Part shown: piece after piece, positions 9,673-18,069 of the stretch
Layout: the number at the start of each line of letters is the position of its first letter
How positions within the stretch are numbered: the first letter of the stretch is position 1
Assembly: GCA_018700655.1 (NCBI GenBank)
Contig: JABIUG010000525.1
Location: 1 to 34,032, forward strand
Direction of reading: 5' to 3'
Origin: Rhodospirillaceae bacterium
GTDB lineage: Bacteria > Pseudomonadota > Alphaproteobacteria > SP197
DNA length: 34,032 nt
Made by a program: the position numbers and the translations under genes
Notes under the pieces: generated by a model
What the model was told of the DNA's origin: nothing
The model's input: only the letters and a program-made list of their open reading frames with translations
Databases searched by the model: none

Positions 9673-11153
9673 GGAACCTCTCCTGCCGACACCAGGTCGT
9701 CGGCCATGATCCGAACGGTCAGATGATCGGCCAAGTTATGCAGCTCTCCACCCAGCGGCCGATCTGCTTCGACCGGCTTCACACACCCACGTACTTCGCT
9801 GAGCAACACACCAAGCTGCGGCGGCAAACGCTCTCGCCCGGTCACCGCCAGCGCCTGGGATGACGCTGTGGCCAGCACCGCAAGGCAGCGATCCAGCGCC
9901 ACGCCCGCCCGGATCGCCTTGGGCCAGGCAAGAAATGCCGGGGCAGTGACGTCGTCCTGGCCGAACACGCTGGCGTCGGCTGCGGGAATGAAGGTTCGCG
10001 AAGCCGCATCCCTCGCCTCTTCCATGAACCCGACAATCGCCATAGGCAGGTAACCCACTGCTCCGTGGCCATCGGACCCTCCTGCCTGACGCCCGGTCAG
10101 CAGGAAATCTGGATAGCCAGAAGCGCGTCCGTTCAGAAGGCCCACGACCAGACGCAGACAGACAAGACACAGATCAGCCCAGGCGCCGGCCAGGCCATCG
10201 ATCGCGGGCGCCGCGACCGCGTTGTGATAACCGCCCGTGCTGGCGCACCAGCCATGGGGATGGTCACCGTCCGCAGGCAGATAGACCGGATTGTGCGTCA
10301 CCGCCGACAGGCTCTGCCCGGCAAGCTCTCGTGCATGGTTAAGCGCAGCATGGGCCTGACCCAGGACGTGCGGTGCAATGCGATAACCGACCGGGGCCTG
10401 GTGTGTTCGCGCCTCGACGCCATCGGTCATGCCATCGAGCAACCGGACGAGATTGTCGAACGCCGTGGTGTTGTAAGTGCCACCCAAAAGGGTGCCCAAC
10501 ACGGGTTCGTAATGTTCCGACGGCGCGTTGAAGGCGACGATCGCCAGCGCCATAACCTCCTCGGCCATGGCCAGACGCCGCTCGGCGACCAGCACCGCAT
10601 CGGCAAGCACGGCCGCAGCAGCGGGCGATCCGTTGATCAGGGCGCCGCGTTCGCCGGCTTCGAGTTCGAGACGCTGTGTCAGTTCCGCGAAAAGCGAATA
10701 AAGCACCAGGATCTCGCCTGGTCCGCCCTGGCCCTGTTGGGCGACCCGCGGGACTGAACCGGAATTGAGCATCGCGACCAGTTCCTCGGCCAGGCGCGGC
10801 GTTGCCATGCCATGGCCCTCGAGCAGATTGGCAAAACGCGCCAGCACCATCGCGCGCGTGACCCGCACGGGATACGGTTCGCCGAACGGCACCGCCGCAG
10901 CGAGCGGTTTCAGCCGTGCCAGGCGATCACGGTCGGCCTGTGTCATCGCTTCGCCGATCATCTCGCCCTGGCCCTGATTGACGCCATAGACCGAAGCGTT
11001 GGGATCCTTGGTTACATATTCAATAAAGGACGCATGGGACGCGGCAATGCAATCCAGCGCCTTGCCGGAGAGCGCAACGTCCTCTCCACCCCATGCAACA
11101 TCGCGCATCGCATCCAGCGACAGATCAAACCGTGTTTCCAGAACTCTTGTCAT
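9669..11153 (-). CDS. aromatic amino acid ammonia-lyase/aminomutase family (HAL/PAL/TAL) homologue lacking the Ala-Ser-Gly MIO triad
   Basis: Family motifs are present: SVYGVNQGQG (HAL: VYGINTGFG), HNPV (NPL), STGGYHNA (GNFHA) and QAPVGYRIAPHVLG (QDPYSLRCQPQVMG). The MIO position reads GQGGPGEILVL instead of GSVGASGDLAPL. I prefer the ATG at 11153; the longest ORF begins at the TTG at 11180. Confidence 0.85.
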   Translation of the reverse strand: MTRVLETRFDLSLDAMRDVAWGGEDVALSGKALDCIAASHASFIEYVTKDPNASVYGVNQGQGEMIGEAMTQADRDRLARLKPLAAAVPFGEPYPVRVTRAMVLARFANLLEGHGMATPRLAEELVAMLNSGSVPRVAQQGQGGPGEILVLYSLFAELTQRLELEAGERGALINGSPAAAAVLADAVLVAERRLAMAEEVMALAIVAFNAPSEHYEPVLGTLLGGTYNTTAFDNLVRLLDGMTDGVEARTHQAPVGYRIAPHVLGQAHAALNHARELAGQSLSAVTHNPVYLPADGDHPHGWCASTGGYHNAVAAPAIDGLAGAWADLCLVCLRLVVGLLNGRASGYPDFLLTGRQAGGSDGHGAVGYLPMAIVGFMEEARDAASRTFIPAADASVFGQDDVTAPAFLAWPKAIRAGVALDRCLAVLATASSQALAVTGRERLPPQLGVLLSEVRGCVKPVEADRPLGGELHNLADHLTVRIMADDLVSAGEVP

Positions 11154-11200
11154 CGCCCACCCGTCATCGTGCGAAAACAACGCTACAGGAAGGCACGGGC

Positions 11201-12226
11201 TCAGGACATCACGTCGTAGGGATCCCAGGCGGGCTCGCCATCACGCATTACTGTTGTGATCACCTCGAGCAACTGGTCATGGGGTATGGCGGTCGTCCCG
11301 ATTTCTGTCCGGAGTTTCGGGACGATCTCTTCGACGCCATCGAAACTCCAACGTCCCTCTCCGCCTTCGATTTCGTTCAGGGTCTCGGCAAGAGGATGGA
11401 AATCCACTCGCAGCGGTGGCTTGCGGCTCACCATCTGCACCCAGCTTTCATAACGAAACTCGAAATCGGCCCGCTCGCCGCTCAGCGTCAGGACCCGGTT
11501 GCACAGGGTCCGGTTGTGCACCGCCATGGGATGGATCACGACATCGCGGTGCTGGGTAACCCGGTGCGCCGCCTGTTCCGGCCAGTCCGCAGGGACGCGC
11601 ACGACAGCAAGGTCGATATCTCCGATCTCCTCGATCATGGCGACACCCTCCTCAAGCGCGGCTTCGCTGATCTCCAGCAAGGCGTCTTCATCAGCCCACA
11701 AGTCCCGATAGTCTTCGGGCTCAAGGATGATGTTCTTCAACTCGTCCAGCAGTCGCGCATAGATCGCCCCGCAATAACCCGGGTAGTCGGCAAAGGCGTT
11801 TTCAGAGATCACCGACCCGACCCAGGGTGAGGTTGCGGGATCAGCCAGACGAGAGATCGTGAAGGCGATGCGCGCGGCGCGCCGGTCGCTGTAAAAACCG
11901 AAGTCACCAGCCTGTGCGGAATCGATCAGAAGTTTACGATTGGCCAGCGCAAACTCCGGCTCGATCATGCAGAACAGCCCGATCAAACCATCCTCGTCGA
12001 AATGATCGTTGGTGACGGTCGCGACATCACAGTGCCATTCCGGCATATCCAGATACTTGAACACCACAGCAACCGAGGTATCGGCCTTCAGCGGCCACGG
12101 CGTTCCGCTCTTGGGCCAATGCGATAAATTGATCACCGTGTTGTCGTTGCGTTGACCGTCGATCACGATGTTGGGGCCCTTGGCCGCATCGGCGTAGGGC
12201 ATGAAACTGTGGCGGCATGGCAGCAT
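11201..12226 (-). CDS. conserved-looking hypothetical protein, no family recognised
   Basis: 341-aa ORF with coding-like composition and a GGGGAAAG RBS before the ATG at 12226 (alternative ATG at 12202). It ends 20-47 nt upstream of the lyase homologue on the same strand, so it is probably the first gene of that operon. Confidence 0.65.
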   Translation of the reverse strand: MLPCRHSFMPYADAAKGPNIVIDGQRNDNTVINLSHWPKSGTPWPLKADTSVAVVFKYLDMPEWHCDVATVTNDHFDEDGLIGLFCMIEPEFALANRKLLIDSAQAGDFGFYSDRRAARIAFTISRLADPATSPWVGSVISENAFADYPGYCGAIYARLLDELKNIILEPEDYRDLWADEDALLEISEAALEEGVAMIEEIGDIDLAVVRVPADWPEQAAHRVTQHRDVVIHPMAVHNRTLCNRVLTLSGERADFEFRYESWVQMVSRKPPLRVDFHPLAETLNEIEGGEGRWSFDGVEEIVPKLRTEIGTTAIPHDQLLEVITTVMRDGEPAWDPYDVMS

Positions 12227-12263
12227 GATGTCTTTCCCCGTTCAGGACACCAGTTTGACGCAC

Positions 12264-12701
12264 ATGAATAGAAAAGCGCAAGCTTTACAAAAAGACATTC
12301 CCGCCGTCCTCGTGTGCGACCTGGCAGAAGTCCGTCATGTCACTGTCATGGTGAAACGCATCGCAAAGCCGGTCCTTCTTGTCACCGAAACCGAGGCCTG
12401 CGCCAGGCTTGGGCCGGGCTTTCTGCTCGCCATGACCGGCGGGGATGGCCAGCGACCCGATCTTGTCCGCGCCCTGATCGACTGCGGCAGCGATGCTGGT
12501 TACGCCATGCTTGCGCTGCGCCTTGGCTGGCGCGAGATTCATGTTACCGGCGCACCCGAATCTGTGGTCCGCATTGGTGAAATGACCGAAGCTGCCGGTG
12601 GCCGATTCCACGCCATTCTTCCCGTGACATTCAATTTCGCGGAGTCCGGCCCTGTGGATCAACGGCTCGAAGACTGGTTGATCGGTGACGCATCCAATTG
12701 A
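12264..12701 (+). CDS. hypothetical protein (145 aa)
   Basis: The ATG at 12264 avoids overlapping the divergent gene; the track ORF starts at 12201. It shows G/C-rich third codon positions but I recognise no motif. It competes with a 125-aa antisense ORF. Confidence 0.45.
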   Translation: MNRKAQALQKDIPAVLVCDLAEVRHVTVMVKRIAKPVLLVTETEACARLGPGFLLAMTGGDGQRPDLVRALIDCGSDAGYAMLALRLGWREIHVTGAPESVVRIGEMTEAAGGRFHAILPVTFNFAESGPVDQRLEDWLIGDASN

Positions 12702-12768
12702 TCACGGCTCCCGATCAAGATAAGCAAACCGGAACATCAAGCATGCAAGACACGGGAAACCTCCGGCC

Positions 12769-13689
12769 ATGAAGATCACCCGCCGCGTGAAGCAGATATT
12801 GTCCTGTTACGAGGGCGAGACGCCCGGGGTTAAAGCCAACCTTGCGCGCATACTCATGCATGGCCGACTGGGCGGCAGCGGCCACGTTGTTATTCTGCCG
12901 GTCGATCAGGGTTGGGAACACGGGCCGGCCAGGAGCTTCGCCAAGAACGCTCCGGCCTATGATCCCCATTACCACTTTCAGCTGGCGATCGATGCCGGCC
13001 TCAATGCCTATGCCGCACCTCTCGGGTTTCTCGAAGCCGGCGCCGATACCTTTGCCGGCGCCATGCCGTTGATTCTCAAGGCCAACAGCTCCAACAGCCT
13101 CGCGACCGAAAAAGACCAGGCGATCACGGCATCGGTTCAGGACGCCCTGCGTCTTGGCTGCTCGGCGATCGGATTTACGATCTATCCGGGCTCGGTGTAC
13201 CAGTTCGAAATGGTCGAGGAAGTCCGCGAGATGTCGCTTGAGGCGAAATCCTGCGGTATCGCAACGGTCGTATGGTCCTATCCACGCGGCGGCAATATCT
13301 CCAAGCAGGGCGAGACAGCAGTCGACGTCACCGCCTATGCCGCCCACCTGGCCGCACAGATTGGCGCCAACATCATCAAGGTCAAGCCGCCCACGGACTT
13401 CATCGAGCAGGACGAGGCGCGCAAGGTCTACGAGAGCGAGGGCATCGATATCTCGACGCTCAAGGCGCGGATCGAACATGTCATGCAGTCGACTTTCAAT
13501 GGCCGGCGGATCGTTGTGTTCTCGGGCGGTGCCGCCAAGGATCTCGACGGTGTCTTCTCCGAAATCCGCGAAATCGCAGCCGGTGGCGCATCGGGCTCGA
13601 TCATCGGGCGCAACACCTTCCAGCGTCAGCCCGAAGACGCCCACGCCATGCTCGACCACATCATCAAGATCTACCAGGGCAAGGAATAA
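12769..13689 (+). CDS. fba: class I fructose-bisphosphate aldolase (DhnA/FbaB-type)
   Basis: 306 aa. VVILPVDQGWEHGP, AAQIGANIIKVKPP (Schiff-base lysine context) and GASGSIIGRN. Its position after tkt-gap-pgk fits the call. Confidence 0.9.
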   Translation: MKITRRVKQILSCYEGETPGVKANLARILMHGRLGGSGHVVILPVDQGWEHGPARSFAKNAPAYDPHYHFQLAIDAGLNAYAAPLGFLEAGADTFAGAMPLILKANSSNSLATEKDQAITASVQDALRLGCSAIGFTIYPGSVYQFEMVEEVREMSLEAKSCGIATVVWSYPRGGNISKQGETAVDVTAYAAHLAAQIGANIIKVKPPTDFIEQDEARKVYESEGIDISTLKARIEHVMQSTFNGRRIVVFSGGAAKDLDGVFSEIREIAAGGASGSIIGRNTFQRQPEDAHAMLDHIIKIYQGKE

Positions 13690-13692
13690 CCC

Positions 13693-14307
13693 CTGCCCGC
13701 CGGTCATCAGGCGGCGGAAAACCGCCTCTACCTCGTTTCACCTCCGGCGTTCGAGCCCGACGTCTTTGTCGACTCCCTTGCCGCGGCACTCGACGCCGGC
13801 GAAGTCGCATGCTTCCTGTTGGCGCTGGAAACCGCCGACGAGGATGTTTGGCGATGCGCCTGTGAGCATCTCGTTCCGCTCGTCCAGTCCCGCGATGTCG
13901 CCTTCCTCTTGAACGAACGCTCCGGGCTGGTTTGCGAATGTGGCGCCGATGGCGTTCATGTCGAGCGCCCGGCCAAGGCCCTTCGCAAGAACCTGCCGAC
14001 CGGTGCCATCCTTGGTGCGGGCTGTGTCCTGTCGCGCCACGATGCCATGCTGGCCGGAGAAGCAGGCGCCGATTATGTCGCCTTCGGGCCCTGGGATGAC
14101 GCTGCCAGAGAGCAACTCGCATGGTGGCAGGCGGTGATGGAACTTCCCTGCGTTGCCCTGGGCGGTCTGACGCTTGACGATGTTGCTGCTGCCGCAGTTG
14201 GAGCCGATTTCATCGCCTTGCAGGAGGCAGTCTGGAACCATGCCGAAGGTCCGGCAGCAGCAATTCGCGCGGCAATCGCTGCCGTGGACAACCCAGCGCC
14301 CCACTGA
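13693..14307 (+). CDS. thiamine-phosphate synthase (ThiE)-like protein; start codon non-canonical or unresolved
   Basis: The in-frame translation upstream of the first canonical start (TTG at 13819) reads ...AENRLYLVSPPAFEPDVFVDSLAAALDAGEVACF, which is a typical ThiE N-terminus. Downstream motifs are GADGVHV, ADYVAFGP and PCVALGG. The only start-like codon after the fba TAA is the CTG at 13693, preceded by AAGGAA. The conservative call is 13819..14307. Confidence 0.65.
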   Translation: MPAGHQAAENRLYLVSPPAFEPDVFVDSLAAALDAGEVACFLLALETADEDVWRCACEHLVPLVQSRDVAFLLNERSGLVCECGADGVHVERPAKALRKNLPTGAILGAGCVLSRHDAMLAGEAGADYVAFGPWDDAAREQLAWWQAVMELPCVALGGLTLDDVAAAAVGADFIALQEAVWNHAEGPAAAIRAAIAAVDNPAPH

Positions 14308-14351
14308 TAGCTTCCGCCGCCCAAACAACCCCGTATTTTCAGGTCAAAAGC

Positions 14352-14918
14352 ATGAAGATCGACGGAAACGCGATCCGGCCGGGCATGGTGATCGAACACA
14401 AGGATCGCCTCCTGGTCGCGACCAAGATCCAGCACACGCAGCCCGGCAAGGGTGGCGCGTATCTGCAGGTCGAACTGAAGGACATTCGCGACGGCGCGAA
14501 ACTCAACGAGCGATTCCGCTCGTCCGAGACCGTTGAACGCGTGCGCCTCTACGATAAGGAATACCAGTTCCTGTTCGCCGACGATCACAACTTCACATTC
14601 ATGGACACCGAGACCTTCGAGCAGATCGCGATCAGCCGCGACATGATCGGTGACAAGGCTGCCTTCATGCAGGATGGCATGATGGTGACGGTCCAGTCCC
14701 ATGAAGACGAGCCGCTCGGCGTTGCCCTGCCCGAAACGGTGATCCAGACGATCGAGGAAACCGAGGCGGTGGTGAAGGGGCAAACTGCGGCGTCTTCCTA
14801 CAAGCCCGCCATTCTCGACAACGGTTTGCGCGTCATGGTTCCACCCCATATCGAGGCTGGCACGCGCATCGTCGTCAACACCGAGGACGCCACCTACCGC
14901 GAACGCGCGAAAGACTGA
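14352..14918 (+). CDS. efp: elongation factor P
   Basis: 188 aa. IRPGMVIEHKDRLL...QPGKGGAYLQVELKD and the C-terminal KPAILDNGLRVMVPPHIEAGTRIVVNTEDATY. Confidence 0.97.
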   Translation: MKIDGNAIRPGMVIEHKDRLLVATKIQHTQPGKGGAYLQVELKDIRDGAKLNERFRSSETVERVRLYDKEYQFLFADDHNFTFMDTETFEQIAISRDMIGDKAAFMQDGMMVTVQSHEDEPLGVALPETVIQTIEETEAVVKGQTAASSYKPAILDNGLRVMVPPHIEAGTRIVVNTEDATYRERAKD

Positions 14919-14925
14919 TCAACCC

Positions 14926-15720
14926 GTGTCACGCCGTTCCCCCCTCGTCACCGTGATGTCCGCGGCCGCCGACAAGGCCGCCAAATCGCTTTTGCGCGAC
15001 TTCAACGAAGTCGAGCACCTTCAGGTCTCCAAGAAGGGGACCAACGATTTTGTCACCGCCGCTGATCTCAGGGCCGAAAAGACCCTGATCGAAGAGCTGT
15101 CACATGCACGGCCGGGCTTTGGTTTCCTCTCCGAGGAATCCAAACCCATCCCCGCCAAGGACGGCCGATCGCGCTGGATTATCGATCCGCTCGACGGCAC
15201 GCTCAACTTCATGCATTCGGTGCCGCAGGCGTGCATTTCGATCGCTGCCGAGCAGGATGGAGAGCTGGTCGCCGCGATCGTTTTCGATCCCCTGCGCGAC
15301 GAACTGTTCTGGGCCGACAAGGGCGAAGGCGCTTACGTCAATCAGAAGCGCCTGCGTGCCAGCAAACGCGAACGCATTGCAGATTGCATGATTGCCCATG
15401 GCCGGGCTGCCGGCGAAAAACCCGAACATCAGGAGCGCTTCCTCCAGCAGATGGGCCATGTCATGCGTCACACGCGTGATCTCAGGCGCATGGGTTCGGC
15501 CGCGCTCGATCTGGCCTATGTCGCCGGTGGACGATTTGATGGTTTCTGGGAAGAAGGCCTGAAGCCCTGGGATATTGCCGCCGGCGTGCTTCTGGTCCAG
15601 GAAGCGGGCGGTTACGTTACGCAGACCAATGGCAGCCCTTTTGAACTTGAGAAAGGCTCGGTTCTGGCGGGCAACAGGCATATTCACGGACAGCTACACA
15701 AAGCTCTGGCAGGGCGTTAA
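14926..15720 (+). CDS. suhB: inositol monophosphatase family protein (SuhB-like)
   Basis: 264 aa. FLSEES, WIIDPLDGTLNF and WDIAAGVLLVQEAGG are the IMPase metal-binding motifs. GTG start. Confidence 0.9.
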   Translation: MSRRSPLVTVMSAAADKAAKSLLRDFNEVEHLQVSKKGTNDFVTAADLRAEKTLIEELSHARPGFGFLSEESKPIPAKDGRSRWIIDPLDGTLNFMHSVPQACISIAAEQDGELVAAIVFDPLRDELFWADKGEGAYVNQKRLRASKRERIADCMIAHGRAAGEKPEHQERFLQQMGHVMRHTRDLRRMGSAALDLAYVAGGRFDGFWEEGLKPWDIAAGVLLVQEAGGYVTQTNGSPFELEKGSVLAGNRHIHGQLHKALAGR

Positions 15721-15800
15721 CACGGGTTGTTACCTGCCGCAGGCACATTGTTTGCAAGGTTGGGGTTGTCTATGGTGCGCAGAATCGTGCGGGGAAAGAC

Positions 15801-16898
15801 ATGACGCGTCACAACAACGCCGTGAACCACAACGAACCACGGGTCAGCCCGCTGGCCATGGTGGGTGTATGTCTGCTCGTCGCAGGCCTGATCCTGACGC
15901 CCCTCCAGGTGCATGCCCAGACCACGAGCCAAACGCTTCAGCCCTCGGTCGAGGTCAATCTCGACGTGCTTGATGCACTTGGCCCGCTACCGGCAACATC
16001 CGGGATCGACCTCTACGGCAGCACGCCGAGTGTAACCCAGCCCAACCTCTACGGCTCTTCGAGTCAAATTCCCGGCGCCGTTTCGGAAGACAGTGTCCTG
16101 CTTCTGCCCATTCCTAAGGGCGTGAACGCCGATACCGGCTCGGTCCTCCTGCTCGATGCACCCGCGACCACGGGCGACAGCGACTTCCAGATGCCCGAGC
16201 CCGAGGTTGCCGCCGCAACCCAGACAACCGCCGAGCCGGAGACAGACGTTTTCGATCCGGATGCCGCTCTCGATCCCGTCGCCATCGTCGTGCCCGAACC
16301 ACAGCCTGAGCCTGAGGTCATGGCTGAGACTGAAGTCTCCATCGAGCCGGAAGTTATTGCCGTTCCGGAGCCCGAACCCGAACCTGAAGTCATCGTGACG
16401 ACCACAGAGACAGAGGTCGCGGCGGCTTCTTTGGCGACCGACGACTCGAGCGACGATGCCTTCAACGAGATCGAGGAACTCCTCAGCGAGCCGGTCGACC
16501 CCGAAACGATTGATGTGCCCGAGCCGGCCATGACCATGGACGGCACCGACATCGCCGTGGTCAGCGCTGTCGACGCCGCAATGACCAGCGATGACATGCG
16601 GATTCTGTTCGATGGCGATAGTGATGAATTGAGCGATGCAGATCGCACCCTGCTTCTGGCTCTTGCCGGGCAGCTTGATGCCGAGCCCGACCAGCGGGTT
16701 CAGTTGCGCGCCTATGCTTCCAGCGAAGATGCCTCGCCCAGCGATGCCAGGCGCCTTGCGCTGTCACGCGCTCTGGCCGTTCGTGCCTTCCTGATCGAAA
16801 ACGATCTCCGCTCGACCCGCATCGACGTCAGGGCGCTGGGCGACAAGGCCGAAGACGGCCCGCTCGATCGCATCGATATCGTACTGATCGAGCGCTAG
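15801..16898 (+). CDS. OmpA-domain protein with N-terminal signal/anchor and a long acidic Pro/Glu-rich linker
   Basis: Hydrophobic N-terminus (LAMVGVCLLVAGLILTPLQVHAQ). About 200 aa are rich in D/E/P/T/V. The C-terminus LRAYASSEDASPSDARRLALSRALAVRAFLIENDLRSTRIDVRALGD matches the OmpA_C peptidoglycan-binding pattern. A GGGGAAAG RBS is present. Confidence 0.8.
   Translation: MTRHNNAVNHNEPRVSPLAMVGVCLLVAGLILTPLQVHAQTTSQTLQPSVEVNLDVLDALGPLPATSGIDLYGSTPSVTQPNLYGSSSQIPGAVSEDSVLLLPIPKGVNADTGSVLLLDAPATTGDSDFQMPEPEVAAATQTTAEPETDVFDPDAALDPVAIVVPEPQPEPEVMAETEVSIEPEVIAVPEPEPEPEVIVTTTETEVAAASLATDDSSDDAFNEIEELLSEPVDPETIDVPEPAMTMDGTDIAVVSAVDAAMTSDDMRILFDGDSDELSDADRTLLLALAGQLDAEPDQRVQLRAYASSEDASPSDARRLALSRALAVRAFLIENDLRSTRIDVRALGDKAEDGPLDRIDIVLIER
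16293..16395 (+). repeat. low-complexity CCNGAR (Pro-Glu) repeat tract inside the OmpA-domain gene
   Basis: Encodes PEPQPEPEVMAETEVSIEPEVIAVPEPEPEPEVIV. It consists of imperfect reiterations of GAGCC/GAACC/GAAGT units. Confidence 0.45.
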
Positions 16899-16914
16899 GA
16901 GTTCGTCAGCCCAC

Positions 16915-18066
16915 ATGACACGCCCCCACCCCTACCTGATCCGCATGGCGCTGTTTCTTGTCGCGGTCGGCGCGGTGGCCGTTGTTCTGCTCAGCACGCT
17001 GCTTGAGGCCTTTCGGGCCAATCCCGCACTCAATGGCCTAATCCTTGGCGTCCTGCTGCTTGGAATCCTCTATATCTTTCGTCAGGTTCAGCAACTCTAC
17101 CGCGAAGTGACCTGGATCGAGAGTTATCGTGCCGCCCTGCCCGGCGCGCCTGTTCCACCGCCACCGCACCTGCTGGCACCCATGGCCACGATGCTGGGTG
17201 AACGCCAGTCGCAGGGGCATCTCAGCTTATCGACCGCGTCGACCCGCTCGATGCTCGACACCATCGGCTCACGCCTCGATGAAGCCCGCGACATTTCGCG
17301 CTATCTGATCGGCCTGCTCATCTTTTTGGGGCTGCTCGGCACCTTCTGGGGCCTGATCAAGACGATTGGCGCCGTGAACGGCACGCTCCAGGGCCTGGAT
17401 GTCAGTGGCGGCCAGGATATTGCGACTCTGTTCGATACCCTGAAAGACGGGCTTGCCGCGCCGCTTTCAGGCATGGGCACGGCCTTCAGCTCGTCGCTCT
17501 TTGGCCTTTCGGGCTCGCTCGTCCTGGGTTTCCTCGATCTCCAGTCGGGCCAGGCGCAGAACCGTTTCTACAATGAGCTCGAAGAATGGTTGTCTTCCGT
17601 CACGCGCCTGCATTCGGGTTCCGGCCTGTCGCTCGAAGGCGAACAGTCGGTCCCGGCCTATGTCAGCGCCTTGCTTGAACAGACCGCCGACAGTCTCGAT
17701 CGCCTGCAACGCACCCTCTCGCGCGGCGAGGATACCCGCCGCGGCGCCGATCAGCAGATGGCCGCGCTGACTGACCGGCTCTCGACCCTGACTGACCAGA
17801 TGCATGCCGAGCAACAGCTCCTGATCAAACTGGTTGAAGGCCAATCGGACCTCAAACCCGTGATCGAGCGCCTTTCGGCCCTTCAGGGTGCCAGCAGCAT
17901 GGATGAAGCCAGCCGCGCACATCTTCGCAATCTCGATGTCGTGATGACCCGGCTGCTCGAAGAGACCGTTGCCGGGCGCGGCCAGCTTGCCGATGAAATC
18001 CGCTCGGAGATCAAACTTCTGGCACGCACTATTGCCGCCACCCGTGGGGCGGGTTCAGGGAACTGA
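16915..18066 (+). CDS. MotA/TolQ/ExbB-family proton-channel protein with about 170-aa C-terminal helical tail
   Basis: Four predicted TM segments. The channel-family signatures are FLGLLGTFWGLIKTIG and LSGMGTAFSSSLFGLSGSLVLGF. The tail is heptad-rich (LDRLQRTLSRGED...LTDRLSTLTDQMHAEQQLLIKLVE). Confidence 0.8.
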   Translation: MTRPHPYLIRMALFLVAVGAVAVVLLSTLLEAFRANPALNGLILGVLLLGILYIFRQVQQLYREVTWIESYRAALPGAPVPPPPHLLAPMATMLGERQSQGHLSLSTASTRSMLDTIGSRLDEARDISRYLIGLLIFLGLLGTFWGLIKTIGAVNGTLQGLDVSGGQDIATLFDTLKDGLAAPLSGMGTAFSSSLFGLSGSLVLGFLDLQSGQAQNRFYNELEEWLSSVTRLHSGSGLSLEGEQSVPAYVSALLEQTADSLDRLQRTLSRGEDTRRGADQQMAALTDRLSTLTDQMHAEQQLLIKLVEGQSDLKPVIERLSALQGASSMDEASRAHLRNLDVVMTRLLEETVAGRGQLADEIRSEIKLLARTIAATRGAGSGN

Positions 18067-18069
18067 TCG

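Noticed and set aside
13687-13689. fba and the ThiE-like gene as one fused gene
   Set aside because: A clean TAA separates them and an AAGGAA RBS-like element precedes the CTG at 13693. Two separate cistrons is the simpler model. Readthrough is kept only as an alternative in the findings.
13154-13912. 252-aa and 197-aa + strand ORFs overlapping the 3' half of fba and the ThiE-like start
   Set aside because: These are out-of-frame readings of the fba gene. They are extremely Ser/Arg/Pro-rich low-complexity text, and the fba frame carries the aldolase motifs.
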